A stretch of 64,000 bases of DNA from Acidobacteriota bacterium (lineage in GTDB: Bacteria; Acidobacteriota; UBA890; WLXD01), in the NCBI GenBank assembly GCA_963666215.2, contig CAXWPL010000005.1, forward strand, positions 96,001 to 160,000, in the 5' to 3' direction. The translations under genes and the position numbers were made by a program. Shown here one piece after another: positions 1-9,716 of the stretch (position 1 is the stretch's first letter; each line of letters begins with the position of its first letter). The notes under the pieces are model-generated. The model saw only the letters and a list, made by a program, of their open reading frames with translations, searched no databases and was not told the origin of the DNA.

Positions 1-511
1 TCGCCGAGATGAAGTTACAGCCGTACTGGCGACGATACGACTGGCACAACTTGATGCCAGCGATCTTGGCGATGGCATACGCCTCGTTCGTTGGCTCGAG
101 AGGACTCTCGAGCAGCGCCTCCTCGCGCATGGGCTGGGCGCACTCGCGCGGATAGATGCACGAGCTGCCCAGGTACAGCAACTTGCGAGCCCCATACTCG
201 TAGGCGGCGTGAACGACCGTCGCGTGGATCATCATGTTGTCGTAGATGAACTCGGCCGGCCGCGTGGAGTTGGCCAGGATACCGCCCACCGTCCCCGCCA
301 CCAGGTAGACGTATTCGGGTCGATTGGCGCGGAACCAGTAGTTGACCGCGGCCTGGTCGCGGAGATCGAGCTGCGCGCGCGTCGCCGTGATCACGTCGGC
401 AAAGCCCTCGCGCTCGAGCTGGCGCACGATCGCCGAGCCCACCAAACCCGTGTGGCCGGCCACGTAGATTCGCGCCGCACTCGGGACGCGGTCAGACTCG
501 TTGGGTCTCAC
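1..511 (-). CDS. fcl: GDP-L-fucose synthase (5' part; runs off window start)
   Basis: Not in ORF track. Hand translation of minus strand from GTG at 511: MRPNESDRVPSAARIYVAGHTGLVGS... KLLYLGSSCIYPRECAQPMREEALLESPLEPTNEAYAIAKIAGIKLCQSYRRQYG (Rossmann GxxGxxG, YxxxK, typical Fcl/WcaG motifs). Confidence 0.93.
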   Translation of the reverse strand, partial: MRPNESDRVPSAARIYVAGHTGLVGSAIVRQLEREGFADVITATRAQLDLRDQAAVNYWFRANRPEYVYLVAGTVGGILANSTRPAEFIYDNMMIHATVVHAAYEYGARKLLYLGSSCIYPRECAQPMREEALLESPLEPTNEAYAIAKIAGIKLCQSYRRQYGCNFISA

Positions 512-688
512 GCTTGATCCACGGCTGAGGGTCGGGTGACCCCGTGATGCGGGCACCAGTCGGGCTCAGGAGCCACGGGGCGCTTCAGGTGCCTTCGACG
601 CGCGCCAGCCCGCGCCGCCAGATGGTAACAAACAGCTCCGAGGCCAGATAGCGGGCCGCCGGTTGCCCGGCCATGCGAACAGGCTCCG

Positions 689-772
689 CTACTTGCTTCG
701 CCTGCTCGTGCGTCGCTGTTGGCGCTCCCTGTCTTTGGCGGCGCGGCGGGCCTCCTTGTCTTGATCTGTCAT
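689..772 (-). CDS. Small Arg/Lys-rich peptide, 27 aa (MTDQDKEARRAAKDRERQQRRTSRRSK)
   Basis: GAGGAG 6 nt upstream of ATG (772); TAG at 689-691; lies 46 nt downstream of the ppk2 stop on the same strand. Below the ORF-track size cutoff. Confidence 0.5.
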   Translation of the reverse strand: MTDQDKEARRAAKDRERQQRRTSRRSK

Positions 773-818
773 GCGAATCTCCTCACGTTGGTGTCGGTTG
801 GTGTCGATCGAACGGGCG

Positions 819-1637
819 CTACTCGATGACGACCCCCGCCGCATCAGGATCGAGGCCCGGATACTTCATCCCGAGCCGTTCCAGGGTGTCGACAAGGACC
901 TTGGCGACCACCAGATTTCTGTACCACTTGCGATCCGCCGGAACCACGTACCAGGGGGCCTCTTCGGTGCTCGTTCGAGACAGGGCCGCATCGTACGCCG
1001 CAACATAGTCGTCCCAGAGTGCGCGCTCGGCAAGGTCGGCCGACGAGAACTTCCAGTGCTTCGTGGGTGTGTCGAGTCGCGCCTGCAGCCGCCGCCGCTG
1101 CTCATCCTTCGAGATATGCAGGAAGAACTTGACGATTGTCGTGCCCTCTTCGACGAGTCTCTTCTCGAACTCGGCAATCTGCGCGTAGCGTTGCTCCCAC
1201 ACCGAGCGCGGCACAAGCTCGCGAACCCGGACGATGAGAACATCCTCGTAGTGACTGCGATTGAAAATCACCAGCTCGGCGGTTCCCGGGGTCTGCTGAT
1301 GAACGCGCCAGAGATAGTCGTGCGCCAGCTCTACGGTCGACGGTTTCTTGAACGCCGCCACCCGCACACCTACCGGGTTCACGTGACGAAAGACGCTACG
1401 AACCGTGCCGTCTTTGCCTCCGGTATCCGTCGCCTGGAGAACCACCAGGAGCTTGTGCCGACCGTCCGCGTAGAGCAGCTCTTGGAGACCACCCAGGCGT
1501 TTTGTGAGCCGCATCAGCGAGCGCTGGCTAGCCGACTTGTCGCCGCCAAACCAACTGCCATCGCGAGGATCGCGGGCCGCCAGGTCGACCTCAGTTCCCT
1601 GCTCAACCCGATAGGGCGGATGCTCGAGCTCTTGCAT
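819..1637 (-). CDS. ppk2: Polyphosphate kinase 2 family (polyphosphate:nucleotide phosphotransferase)
   Basis: Walker A QATDTGGKDGT, AFKKPS..ELAHDYLWR, FNRSHYEDVL, KHWKFSSADL, PWYVVPADRKWYRN. Start taken at ATG 1637. Confidence 0.92.
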   Translation of the reverse strand: MQELEHPPYRVEQGTEVDLAARDPRDGSWFGGDKSASQRSLMRLTKRLGGLQELLYADGRHKLLVVLQATDTGGKDGTVRSVFRHVNPVGVRVAAFKKPSTVELAHDYLWRVHQQTPGTAELVIFNRSHYEDVLIVRVRELVPRSVWEQRYAQIAEFEKRLVEEGTTIVKFFLHISKDEQRRRLQARLDTPTKHWKFSSADLAERALWDDYVAAYDAALSRTSTEEAPWYVVPADRKWYRNLVVAKVLVDTLERLGMKYPGLDPDAAGVVIE

Positions 1638-1727
1638 TGCGCGCCTGTCCCTCAATCAACGGCTTGCCATAACCCATCGCGCCGCCAACTCCGGACTCGG
1701 AGTTTGCCGTTTTCCGCCGTCTGCTCC

Positions 1728-3380
1728 CTATTGAAAAGCCCCACGACCCGGTTGTGTGATCTCGAACCCTTCGGCATCCTTCGCAGCCCGCACGAGGGCG
1801 CGCACGTCGGCGAGAAGCTGCCGTGCGTCATAGACGACGCCGTCCTTGATCGTATATTTGACGCGACCGACGCGCCCGACGGTGTTGTCGTCCATCAGCT
1901 TCACCGCTCCGATGCCGTACAGCACCTTGAGGTTGGCGACGGGATTCTGGTCGACAACCACGAAATCGGCAAGCTTCCCGACCTCGACTGAGCCCACCTC
2001 GTCGGCAACTCCCAGGGCTTCGGCACCCATCAAAGTAGCCGACCGGATGACTTCCAGGGGATGGAAGCCGGCCTCTCGCAGCAACTCCATCTCGCGCACG
2101 AACGAGAACCCGTAGAGGTTGTACGAGTAGCCCGAGTCGGTGCCGACGGCGACGCGACCACCGCGGTTCTTGTATTCGTTGACGAACGTCATCCAAAGGC
2201 GGTAGTTGTCTCTCCACGCGATCTCCTGCTCGGTGCCCCAGTCGAACCAGTACGACGCGTGCGCCGCGCGGTTCGGCGTGTAGAAGCGCCACAGCGCCGG
2301 CGTGGTGTACTCCTCGTGCCACTCGGCGCGCGCACCGCGCATGAAGTCGCGCGTGGTCTCGTAGGCGTGGAACGTGGGCGCAAGGGTGAAATCGAGCTCG
2401 AGCAGCTCGTTCATCACGGCGTTCCAGTGATCCGAGAACGGCGGTGCCGCCTGCTTCCACAGACGTCCGGCCTCGCCGAAGCGGTGCTGTTCGTCGTTGT
2501 AGTTGTAGTCGAGCGGATAGTTCTGGATCGCGCGGTCGGTGAACAGAGCCTCGGGCAGGCCGTACCAGTGCTGCATGGATGTCAGCCCCAGCCTTGCCGA
2601 GTCGATCACGTTCATCCAGGTCACGTTGAGCTGGGCGTGGTGCATGGTGGTGTAGAGATCATGTTCCGCGGCCGCTTCGAGCGCCGCCTTCATCAGGTCG
2701 GGCCGCAGGCCGAAGAACTTCACCCCGTGCGCTCCCACCGCGGCGATCTCGGCAACCCAAGCGCGAGCCTGCTCGGGAGTCGAGATCGGCCCATCGTGGC
2801 CCTGTCCGAACGACGCCGACGGCAGCAGCCGCGGAGCGGTGATCTCGTTGCGCTCGCTGCGCTCGGCGTGCTCGAGCATCCAGTCGATACCGTTGCCGCT
2901 GCCCGGATCGGCGCTGGTGGTGATCCCGTGCCCCATCCAGAGCTTGAGGATGTATTCGGCTGGCGTCTCGGGCCCGCTGAGATGCCCGTGCAGATCAACG
3001 AAGCCGGGAAGTACGTAGTGGCCCGCCAGATCGATGACCTCGTCGCCGGCCCGCGCCTGTGGTCTTCGATCTGGATCGATGGCTACACCAGGAAAACCAA
3101 CGTTCACGATGTCGGCGATGCGGTTGCCTTCCACGACGATGTCCACCGGTCCGAACGGCGGCGCGCCCGTGCCGTCGACCAACGTCGCACCGCGCAGGAT
3201 GAGGCGCTGGAACGGTCCACTACCCCGCGCCCGATCGGGTGCCGGCGGGTTCTGGGCAAGGCCGCCCGCAGCCGCCGTAGACACCGTGGCGATGGCTACG
3301 CTCACGAACAACAGCACCGCAAGCCGCAGGATGCGTGTGCGAGGTGCAAGCGACCTCGAGCAGCTGTGGATCTGTTTCAT
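1728..3380 (-). CDS. Secreted amidohydrolase-family protein
   Basis: Signal peptide; PGFVDLHGH metal-binding motif; GTDSG; GSVEVGKLADFVVV; GGAG RBS before ATG 3380. Confidence 0.85.
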   Translation of the reverse strand: MKQIHSCSRSLAPRTRILRLAVLLFVSVAIATVSTAAAGGLAQNPPAPDRARGSGPFQRLILRGATLVDGTGAPPFGPVDIVVEGNRIADIVNVGFPGVAIDPDRRPQARAGDEVIDLAGHYVLPGFVDLHGHLSGPETPAEYILKLWMGHGITTSADPGSGNGIDWMLEHAERSERNEITAPRLLPSASFGQGHDGPISTPEQARAWVAEIAAVGAHGVKFFGLRPDLMKAALEAAAEHDLYTTMHHAQLNVTWMNVIDSARLGLTSMQHWYGLPEALFTDRAIQNYPLDYNYNDEQHRFGEAGRLWKQAAPPFSDHWNAVMNELLELDFTLAPTFHAYETTRDFMRGARAEWHEEYTTPALWRFYTPNRAAHASYWFDWGTEQEIAWRDNYRLWMTFVNEYKNRGGRVAVGTDSGYSYNLYGFSFVREMELLREAGFHPLEVIRSATLMGAEALGVADEVGSVEVGKLADFVVVDQNPVANLKVLYGIGAVKLMDDNTVGRVGRVKYTIKDGVVYDARQLLADVRALVRAAKDAEGFEITQPGRGAFQ

Positions 3381-3579
3381 CGATGTCTCCTTCGGCATGA
3401 CTCAGGACCGCCCGCAGCGGAGCTGCCCAGAATCGCCCGTACCGGGGCGCACCGGATTGCCTTCGGCGGATCGGAATGGGAGCCCGATGATACGCGAGCC
3501 GCCTGCGACGATCGCCGCGCGACTCGCCCGCGGCTGCTCGTGCGGATCCGAGACCCGCCCATTTGCCGCACAAGAGTCA

Positions 3580-4920
3580 TCACAGTTGCTCCGATCGGCG
3601 GCTGGCAACCAGCGCCTGGTACGCGAGGCGCGCCTTCTCGGCCGCATCGGCCCGCCCCACTACGGCGTAGAGCTCAGCCAGAAGCCGCTGAGCTTCAGCC
3701 AGCGAGGGGTCGATCTCTACAGCCCTCTCGAGAGCCGTGATCGCCGCACTCTCCTCGCCCTCGAGCCTCAACGCCGCCGCGAGCCCGAGGTGCCCGGCAG
3801 CGTTGTCCAGCCGCGTTTGCGCCTCGATCGCCGCGCGAAAACGAGCTGCCGCCTCGCCCGCATCACCCGCCCGCAGCGCCTCAAGTCCTTGCCGATAGCG
3901 CAGTTCAGCGCGCGTCTCGGCCATCGCCTCCAGGCCAACCCGTCGCTGCTGGCGCCGCGCCGTGCTCAGGGCCGCGAAGGTCTCGAGCGACGCCCGCGCT
4001 TCGGCGTGGCCGCCCGCCGCGGCGTAGGCTCGACCCAGGTTGTAGAGCGCACCCGCGTGCTCCGGGTCGAGATACAGGGCTTCTTCGAAGGCCACGGCAG
4101 CCTCTTCCGCGGCGCCGCGTCGAAGCGCTACCCGGCCGTGAAGAAAATGGGCTTCGGCAAGCGTGGGGCGTTGCCGCAGCACGAGCTCGATATGGCGTTC
4201 AGCGTTGTCGGGCGCAGCCGCGTCGAGATCGAGTCGAGCCAGGTCGAGCCGCGCCTCGACCAGCTCTTCGTTGGCGGCCAGCGCTGCCTCGTACGAGCCG
4301 CGCGCGGCGTCGAAGCGTCCGTTCGATCGATGCACGAGGCCGGTGTAGTAGTGCGCGATCGCGTTCTCGGGCTGCGCCTCGAGCACGCGCTCGAACTCCA
4401 TGAGCGCCGCCTCACCTTGGTCTTCCTGCAGGAGGATCCAGCCCGCGTTGAGTCGCGGCTCGACCGCCTCGGGATCGACTTCCAGCAAGCGCGTGAATCG
4501 CTCGCTGGCTTCGTCGTAGCGGCCTAGTCGCATCGCCGCGACCCCGATTTGGAACGCGAGCCCGCGATTGAGCACTGCTGTCGATCGGATGAACGGCAAG
4601 TGGTCGGCGCGAGTCAACGTCGTGTGCGCCGAGGCCGCATCACCAATTTGCAGCTGCGCGACGCCGAGGTAGAACAGCGTGCGCTGCGACGCGTCGGCGC
4701 TCGCCGCAAGAGGCGTCAGCAGTCGGATGGCCTGCTCGGCGTCGCCCGCCGTCAGCGCGCGAATCGCGTCGGCGGTCGGATCCTGGAGCGACGGAAACAC
4801 CAGCATGGCCAGCAGCAAGCCGAGCTCGGCGAAAGACAATGCGGACATGGCGGACGAAGGCTGGTTGGAGGGCGGCACGATCGCAACTCTTGCGTCGTGC
4901 GGATTCTGACCTGCGCTCAC
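3580..4920 (-). CDS. Tetratricopeptide-repeat protein with N-terminal hydrophobic/signal segment
   Basis: Repeated TPR units (e.g. AHYYTGLVH, ALYNLGRAYAA, LDPEHAGA). Start uncertain; may be the downstream ATG of MSALSF. Confidence 0.75.
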   Translation of the reverse strand: MSAGQNPHDARVAIVPPSNQPSSAMSALSFAELGLLLAMLVFPSLQDPTADAIRALTAGDAEQAIRLLTPLAASADASQRTLFYLGVAQLQIGDAASAHTTLTRADHLPFIRSTAVLNRGLAFQIGVAAMRLGRYDEASERFTRLLEVDPEAVEPRLNAGWILLQEDQGEAALMEFERVLEAQPENAIAHYYTGLVHRSNGRFDAARGSYEAALAANEELVEARLDLARLDLDAAAPDNAERHIELVLRQRPTLAEAHFLHGRVALRRGAAEEAAVAFEEALYLDPEHAGALYNLGRAYAAAGGHAEARASLETFAALSTARRQQRRVGLEAMAETRAELRYRQGLEALRAGDAGEAAARFRAAIEAQTRLDNAAGHLGLAAALRLEGEESAAITALERAVEIDPSLAEAQRLLAELYAVVGRADAAEKARLAYQALVASRRSEQL

Positions 4921-4959
4921 GCTACAACAGACGCAGCGGCAGATCCCGACCTCTCGTCG

Positions 4960-5577
4960 CTAGCTTCTTTCGTTCGACGTACAGAGGTACGTGAACCAAG
5001 TCATCAGGCCGATGAATACCGCGAGGCCAGCGAGCGGCGCCAGTGCGCCGGCCCAACCTGTGCCAAGTCCGGTGGGACGACCCCACTGAAAAGCGATGGC
5101 GGCCAGCAGAATGCCGAAGAGCCCGGTACCACCCACCAGGCCGGAGCCGAAGAGCACACCCCGCTCGCGGCGCTCGGCTGCCTGCGTGTCGGTGCTGGCG
5201 GTCTTCTCCAGTCGCCAGCGCAGCAGGCCGCCGAAGAAGATCGGCACGAGTGTTCCCACCGGCAGGTAGATGCCCACCGCGAAAGGCAGGCTCGGCACTC
5301 CAGCCCCCTCGGCCACCAGCGCCAGCACTACGCCGATGCCAACAAAGGCCCACGGAAGAGTCGCGTCGAGCACCCCCTCGATGACGAGCTTCATGAGTGT
5401 CGCCTGCGGCGCCGGGAGCTCGGTGGTGCCAAAGCCGTAGCTGCCGTCGAGAACGATGAGCGTCAGGCAAACGAACATCGCCGACGTCAACACCCCGACG
5501 ATCTCACCGATCTGCTGGCGTTTCGGTGTTGCTCCGAGCAGGAATCCCGTCTTGAGATCCTGCGATGTATCCCCCAC
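4960..5577 (-). pseudogene. OPT-family oligopeptide transporter, C-terminal fragment only
   Basis: [51 protein letters not shown] are OPT C-terminal motifs. The N-terminal part is absent and the frame abuts an opposite-strand gene fragment. Confidence 0.8.
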
Positions 5578-6209
5578 AGAGGTCCATCAACCGCGCGAGA
5601 GCTTTGACTGGGACCTGTGGCTAGGACCGGCAGAGGAACGTCCCTACAACCCCGCCTATGCCCCCTTCCGGTGGCGTGGCTGGTGGGATTTCGGCACCGA
5701 CGGCCTCTCGGGTGGTCTACGACTTCGCTGCGGATCGTTCTGATCCTTCACGCAACGGCGCCGCGGTGAAGCTCTTCTGGCGCGACGGAGACCTGCGTCT
5801 GCCGCTGCCGCCCGAGCTCGTCGGACGCCAGCCGTGGCCCTTCCCTCCGATTGGCGGGCAGCTGTGGATCGGCGACGACGGCAAGCTCGTGGCAGGTATC
5901 TACGGAGAAAATCCCACCGTTCTCGACGCCGAGCGTCAGCGTGAGCTGACCGAGAGCCCGCCGCCCGAACGCTATCCCCGCAGCGAAGGCGTGTACGCCG
6001 AGTGGCTTGCGGCCTGCCGCGGCGGCGACCCGGCAGGCTCGAGCTTCGCCGGGCATGCGGGCCCGCTCACCGAGATGGTCTTGCTCGGAAATCTGGCCGT
6101 GCGGCTGGCACAGCCCATCGAGATCGATCCCGCGACCGGCGCAATTCGATCGCCATCGGTTCCGGCCGAGCTACTGCGACCGACGTTGCGCAGCGGCTGG
6201 TCGATGTAG
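5578..6209 (+). pseudogene. Gfo/Idh/MocA-family oxidoreductase remnant (two frames; N-terminus and an internal block missing)
   Basis: [32 protein letters not shown] to about 5699, then a switch of frame to [10 protein letters not shown]...AGPLTEMVLLGNLAVR...RSGWSM. No Rossmann N-terminus and no GALGDMGCH-type segment. Confidence 0.8.
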
Positions 6210-6443
6210 CACCGCAGCTTCGCCAAACACAGCGCCGGTCAAAGCTGTGCCCTTCGGGAGGCGAGGCGCCCGACGCGGCTCGCGGCCAAGACGTCGGGCC
6301 TGAAATGGCGGGAGCGATGTCGACGTTGACGCCACACGACGGTTGACGTCGGGCGCCGTCGCCGACACATCCGCGCTTGACCCTCGATCCGGGTGCCCGC
6401 ACCGCTCCCGAAACTCACCGATTGCCGGAAGCAAGAGCCCCCG

Positions 6444-7865
6444 ATGAGCACGCAATCGGAACCGCTACGATCTCGCCGCTCGGAGGTGTGGGGCGACTTC
6501 AAGGCAGCCTTCCGCGGCACCCACGAGGAGGACTACACCGAAGGGCCCGTGGGAAGGGCGATTCTGCTTCTCGCGGTGCCGATGGTCCTCGAGACGGTCA
6601 TGGAGTCGGTGTTCGCCGTCGTCGACATCTTTTTCGTGTCGCGCATCGGGCCCTCGGCGGTTGCCACCGTGGCGCTCACCGAGTCGATGCTGACGCTGAT
6701 CTACACGGTAGCCCTCGGGCTGTCGATTGGCGTCGCGGCCACGGTGTCTCGCCGCATCGGCGAGAAAAACACCGATGGCGCCGCGCGAGCGGCGGTGCAG
6801 TCGATCGTGCTCGGCATCGCGATCGCCGCCGTCCTGGCGGTGCTGGGCGTCGTCTTCGCCGAGCAGCTACTCGGATTGATGGGCGGTTCGGAGGCGACCG
6901 TCAAGGAGTACTCGGGATACACCCGCATCATGCTCGGCGGCAACGTCACCGTGCTGCTGCTATTCCTCATCAACGCCGCCTTCCGCGGTGCCGGCGACGC
7001 TGCGATCGCGATGCGTGTGCTTTGGGCTTCGAACGCCATCAACATCGTTCTGGACCCGACGCTGATCTTCGGACTCGGCCCCTTCCCGGCACTGGGCATC
7101 GAGGGTGCCGCGATCGCCACCAACATCGGACGCGGCACCGCGGTGCTCATGCAGTTCTACTTGCTGACTCGCGGCGACGGCCGGTTGGCCATCGCTGCCC
7201 GCCACGTGAAGATCTTGCCCTCACTGATGTGGCGCCTTGTGCGGCTGTCGGGTACCGGGATGTTTCAGATCTTCATCAGCATGGCCAGCTGGATCGGACT
7301 CATCCGGATCCTGGCCGGCTTCGGTGATGAGGTGCTCGCTGGTTACGCCGTGGCTATCCGCGTGATCATCTTCGCCCTCTTCCCGAGCTGGGGCATGAGC
7401 AACGCGGCGGCGACAATGGTCGGTCAGGCGCTGGGGGCCGGCAAGCCGGAGCGCGCCGAAAGTGCCGTCTGGATAGCCGGCTTCTACAATATGATCTTCC
7501 TCGGCGTGACCGGTGCGATTTACGTGGTGTTCGCGCCAACGATCATCGGTTGGTTCACCACCGACGCCATCCCGCTGCAGACGGGAGTGATGGGGCTCCG
7601 TATCGTCAGCGCCGGCTTCCCTTTTTTCGCCTATGGGATGGTGCTCACGCAGTCCTTCAACGGTGCGGGAGACACGTGGACGCCGACGGTCATCAACCTC
7701 TTCTGCTTCTGGCTGTTCGAGCTGCCTTTCGCGTACGCCCTGGCTCACTTCCTGCGGTTCGGTCCTAACGGCGTCTTCATCGCCATGGCACTCTCGTTCT
7801 CGATGCTCGCAGTGGTGAGCGGCGTCGTCTTCAAGCGCGGGCACTGGAAAACCAAGGTCGTGTAG
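6444..7865 (+). CDS. MATE-family efflux transporter
   Basis: DYTEGPVGRAILLLAVPMVLE, FRGAGDA, NIVLDPTLIFGLGPFPALGIEGAAIAT; about 12 hydrophobic segments. Confidence 0.92.
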   Translation: MSTQSEPLRSRRSEVWGDFKAAFRGTHEEDYTEGPVGRAILLLAVPMVLETVMESVFAVVDIFFVSRIGPSAVATVALTESMLTLIYTVALGLSIGVAATVSRRIGEKNTDGAARAAVQSIVLGIAIAAVLAVLGVVFAEQLLGLMGGSEATVKEYSGYTRIMLGGNVTVLLLFLINAAFRGAGDAAIAMRVLWASNAINIVLDPTLIFGLGPFPALGIEGAAIATNIGRGTAVLMQFYLLTRGDGRLAIAARHVKILPSLMWRLVRLSGTGMFQIFISMASWIGLIRILAGFGDEVLAGYAVAIRVIIFALFPSWGMSNAAATMVGQALGAGKPERAESAVWIAGFYNMIFLGVTGAIYVVFAPTIIGWFTTDAIPLQTGVMGLRIVSAGFPFFAYGMVLTQSFNGAGDTWTPTVINLFCFWLFELPFAYALAHFLRFGPNGVFIAMALSFSMLAVVSGVVFKRGHWKTKVV

Positions 7866-8073
7866 TCAGGCGGTGCAACGCCAGCGGGCATCGCCGAGTC
7901 CTGCAGCAGATCGTTGTCGGCGTTGACCTTGCGTGGGATTGCGCTGCAACTCGCGGACATAGAACATGGCCAAGCTTCCGAGAGGCAGCCTAGAATTGAC
8001 CCCGAATCAACGAACGCAGGTGGCCGGTCGCGCGTCTTCCGGCCCTCGATCGGAAGCCTCAGCCAGGAACCCT

Positions 8074-9225
8074 ATGCACGCGATACCCAAGCTCGTCGGG
8101 CCCCTCGGCGGCGTGTTGTCTGCGCTCGCAGCAGCGTTCTTGTCTCTGATCTTGGCAGCTGATGTCGTTGGCCTGGCCAGCGCCAGCCAGCTGGTGCTGG
8201 CCCCGGCGCTGACGCGCCTGCTGCCAGCGAGCTTGGAACTGTCTACGCGCGACGTCGTGGACGTGCGGAGCGCACGGGTGTTGTCCAAGACGCTCGATTC
8301 CCGGATCGATCAGGAAACCAGTGTCGTCGCCATCGTCAGCGTCGCAGCGCCCTTCGAGCTCGTCGCCGAGCTCTACCCCACTCCCGAGTTTTCCGTGGAG
8401 GCGGCCGACGCCGTTGAGTTCGGTTGGTTCAGCGATCCGCCGACGCCCGACGATATCGCCACCATGACGCTCGACGACCGCGACTTCGCCGGGCTCAGCA
8501 CCTGCCGAGTAGGCAGCTGCAAGCTCAAGATGCCGAGCGATTGGATGCTGCGATTCGCGCCTGCGCCCGCGACCGCCGGAGGCGTCGGCGCTTTGCCGGG
8601 CGGAGCGGCACGCGCGGGCGCCGCGCCCGGAAAGATCGAAGCCGCCAGCATCTATCGCGAGCTTCTCGGAACCTACGCCGCCAGATACGCCGGCAGCGGC
8701 TTCGACCCCTCCTCGCTCACGCTCTACCACGACAAGTCCAACGAGCTCCGAGTTGCCGACGAGCTCGCCGGCATTCTGGAGGAGTCTCCCTACCTACGCC
8801 TGCAAGCGCCCGAGCTGTACGACTTTGTGGCCGGGCTCGCCGCCGCGCCCGAGGGAGCTCGGGCGCGACTTCTGTGGATGAAGGAAGACATCGGCACGAG
8901 CAAACGCGTCACGACGCTGGTGCACCAGATCGTCTACCGACCGCCAGGCCGCGAACGAGTAACGATCCTCAACAAGCAGCTCTACGGCAACCACTACTTC
9001 GAGGCCGCGCTGAGCATCACGCACGTGATTCCGCATTCGCTGGGCAGGGGCGCATATCTGCTACACATCTACCGCGCCCGCATCGATAGACTGCGAGGTT
9101 GGGGCCTGTTTCACGGTCGCATCCGCAGCGGCATTCGCAACCGGATCGGCGAGCGCATGGACCAGGCGCGCCAGCGCTTCGAGGCGGCCGCGAAGCAAGC
9201 GCAGTCACCGCGTCACCGTCGATAA
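8074..9225 (+). CDS. Hypothetical exported protein
   Basis: Long ORF with N-terminal hydrophobic segment, AGGA RBS before ATG 8074, protein-like blocks (CRVGSCKLKMP, KQLYGNHYFEAAL). Function not recognised. Confidence 0.65.
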   Translation: MHAIPKLVGPLGGVLSALAAAFLSLILAADVVGLASASQLVLAPALTRLLPASLELSTRDVVDVRSARVLSKTLDSRIDQETSVVAIVSVAAPFELVAELYPTPEFSVEAADAVEFGWFSDPPTPDDIATMTLDDRDFAGLSTCRVGSCKLKMPSDWMLRFAPAPATAGGVGALPGGAARAGAAPGKIEAASIYRELLGTYAARYAGSGFDPSSLTLYHDKSNELRVADELAGILEESPYLRLQAPELYDFVAGLAAAPEGARARLLWMKEDIGTSKRVTTLVHQIVYRPPGRERVTILNKQLYGNHYFEAALSITHVIPHSLGRGAYLLHIYRARIDRLRGWGLFHGRIRSGIRNRIGERMDQARQRFEAAAKQAQSPRHRR

Positions 9226-9238
9226 CCAGTGTAGCGCG

Positions 9239-9706
9239 CTAGGACCCCGCTTCGCTCTCGAGCTCGGGAGCGTAGACCTCGCGTAGGCGCTCGTGATAGT
9301 TCCCGAGCAGACCGCCCAATACCGCGTGCTCCTCGGTGACGGCGGCACGCAGATCCTCGGATGTCAGGTAGTCGTGCAGAACCGACGCCATGATCTTGGC
9401 GTCCATCAGGAACGCGGTGTGACCAACCTCGCCTAGCGCATCGGTCTCCATCTGTTTCGTGTGGTAGGTCCCCGTGGAGCTGTACACGCTCACACCAACG
9501 CCCGGGATGTCACGCGTCACCCAGCCGGTTTCTTCGTATCCAGCCGGGCGCTGCGGCTCAGGATTCAGGCGAGGGGCGCCGATCTCGCTGGCGAACCGAC
9601 CACGGGCATCGATTCCGACGGTGAGGCCAGCGACCCCACAAGCAGCACTGCGGAGGCAAGAGTCAGCTGACGGAGAGGGAAACCGCGACGTCGTGGTAGA
9701 TCGCAA
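9239..9706 (-). pseudogene. Remnant of an M20/AbgB-like peptidase (signal peptide joined to the extreme C-terminus)
   Basis: C-terminal GYEETGWVTRDIPGVGV...YHT...AKIMASVLHDYLTSEDLRAAVTEEH resembles M20 amidohydrolase ends. A signal-peptide-like stretch RQLTLASAVLLVGSLAS lies in an adjacent frame after AGGGGA-N6-TTG. The catalytic core is missing. Confidence 0.55.
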
Positions 9707-9716
9707 GGGCAGTCCC

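Noticed and set aside
1687-1704. Hairpin AACTCCG-GACT-CGGAGTT between the amidohydrolase gene and ppk2
   Set aside because: No U-tract on the transcribed (minus) strand, so it cannot be supported as a terminator.
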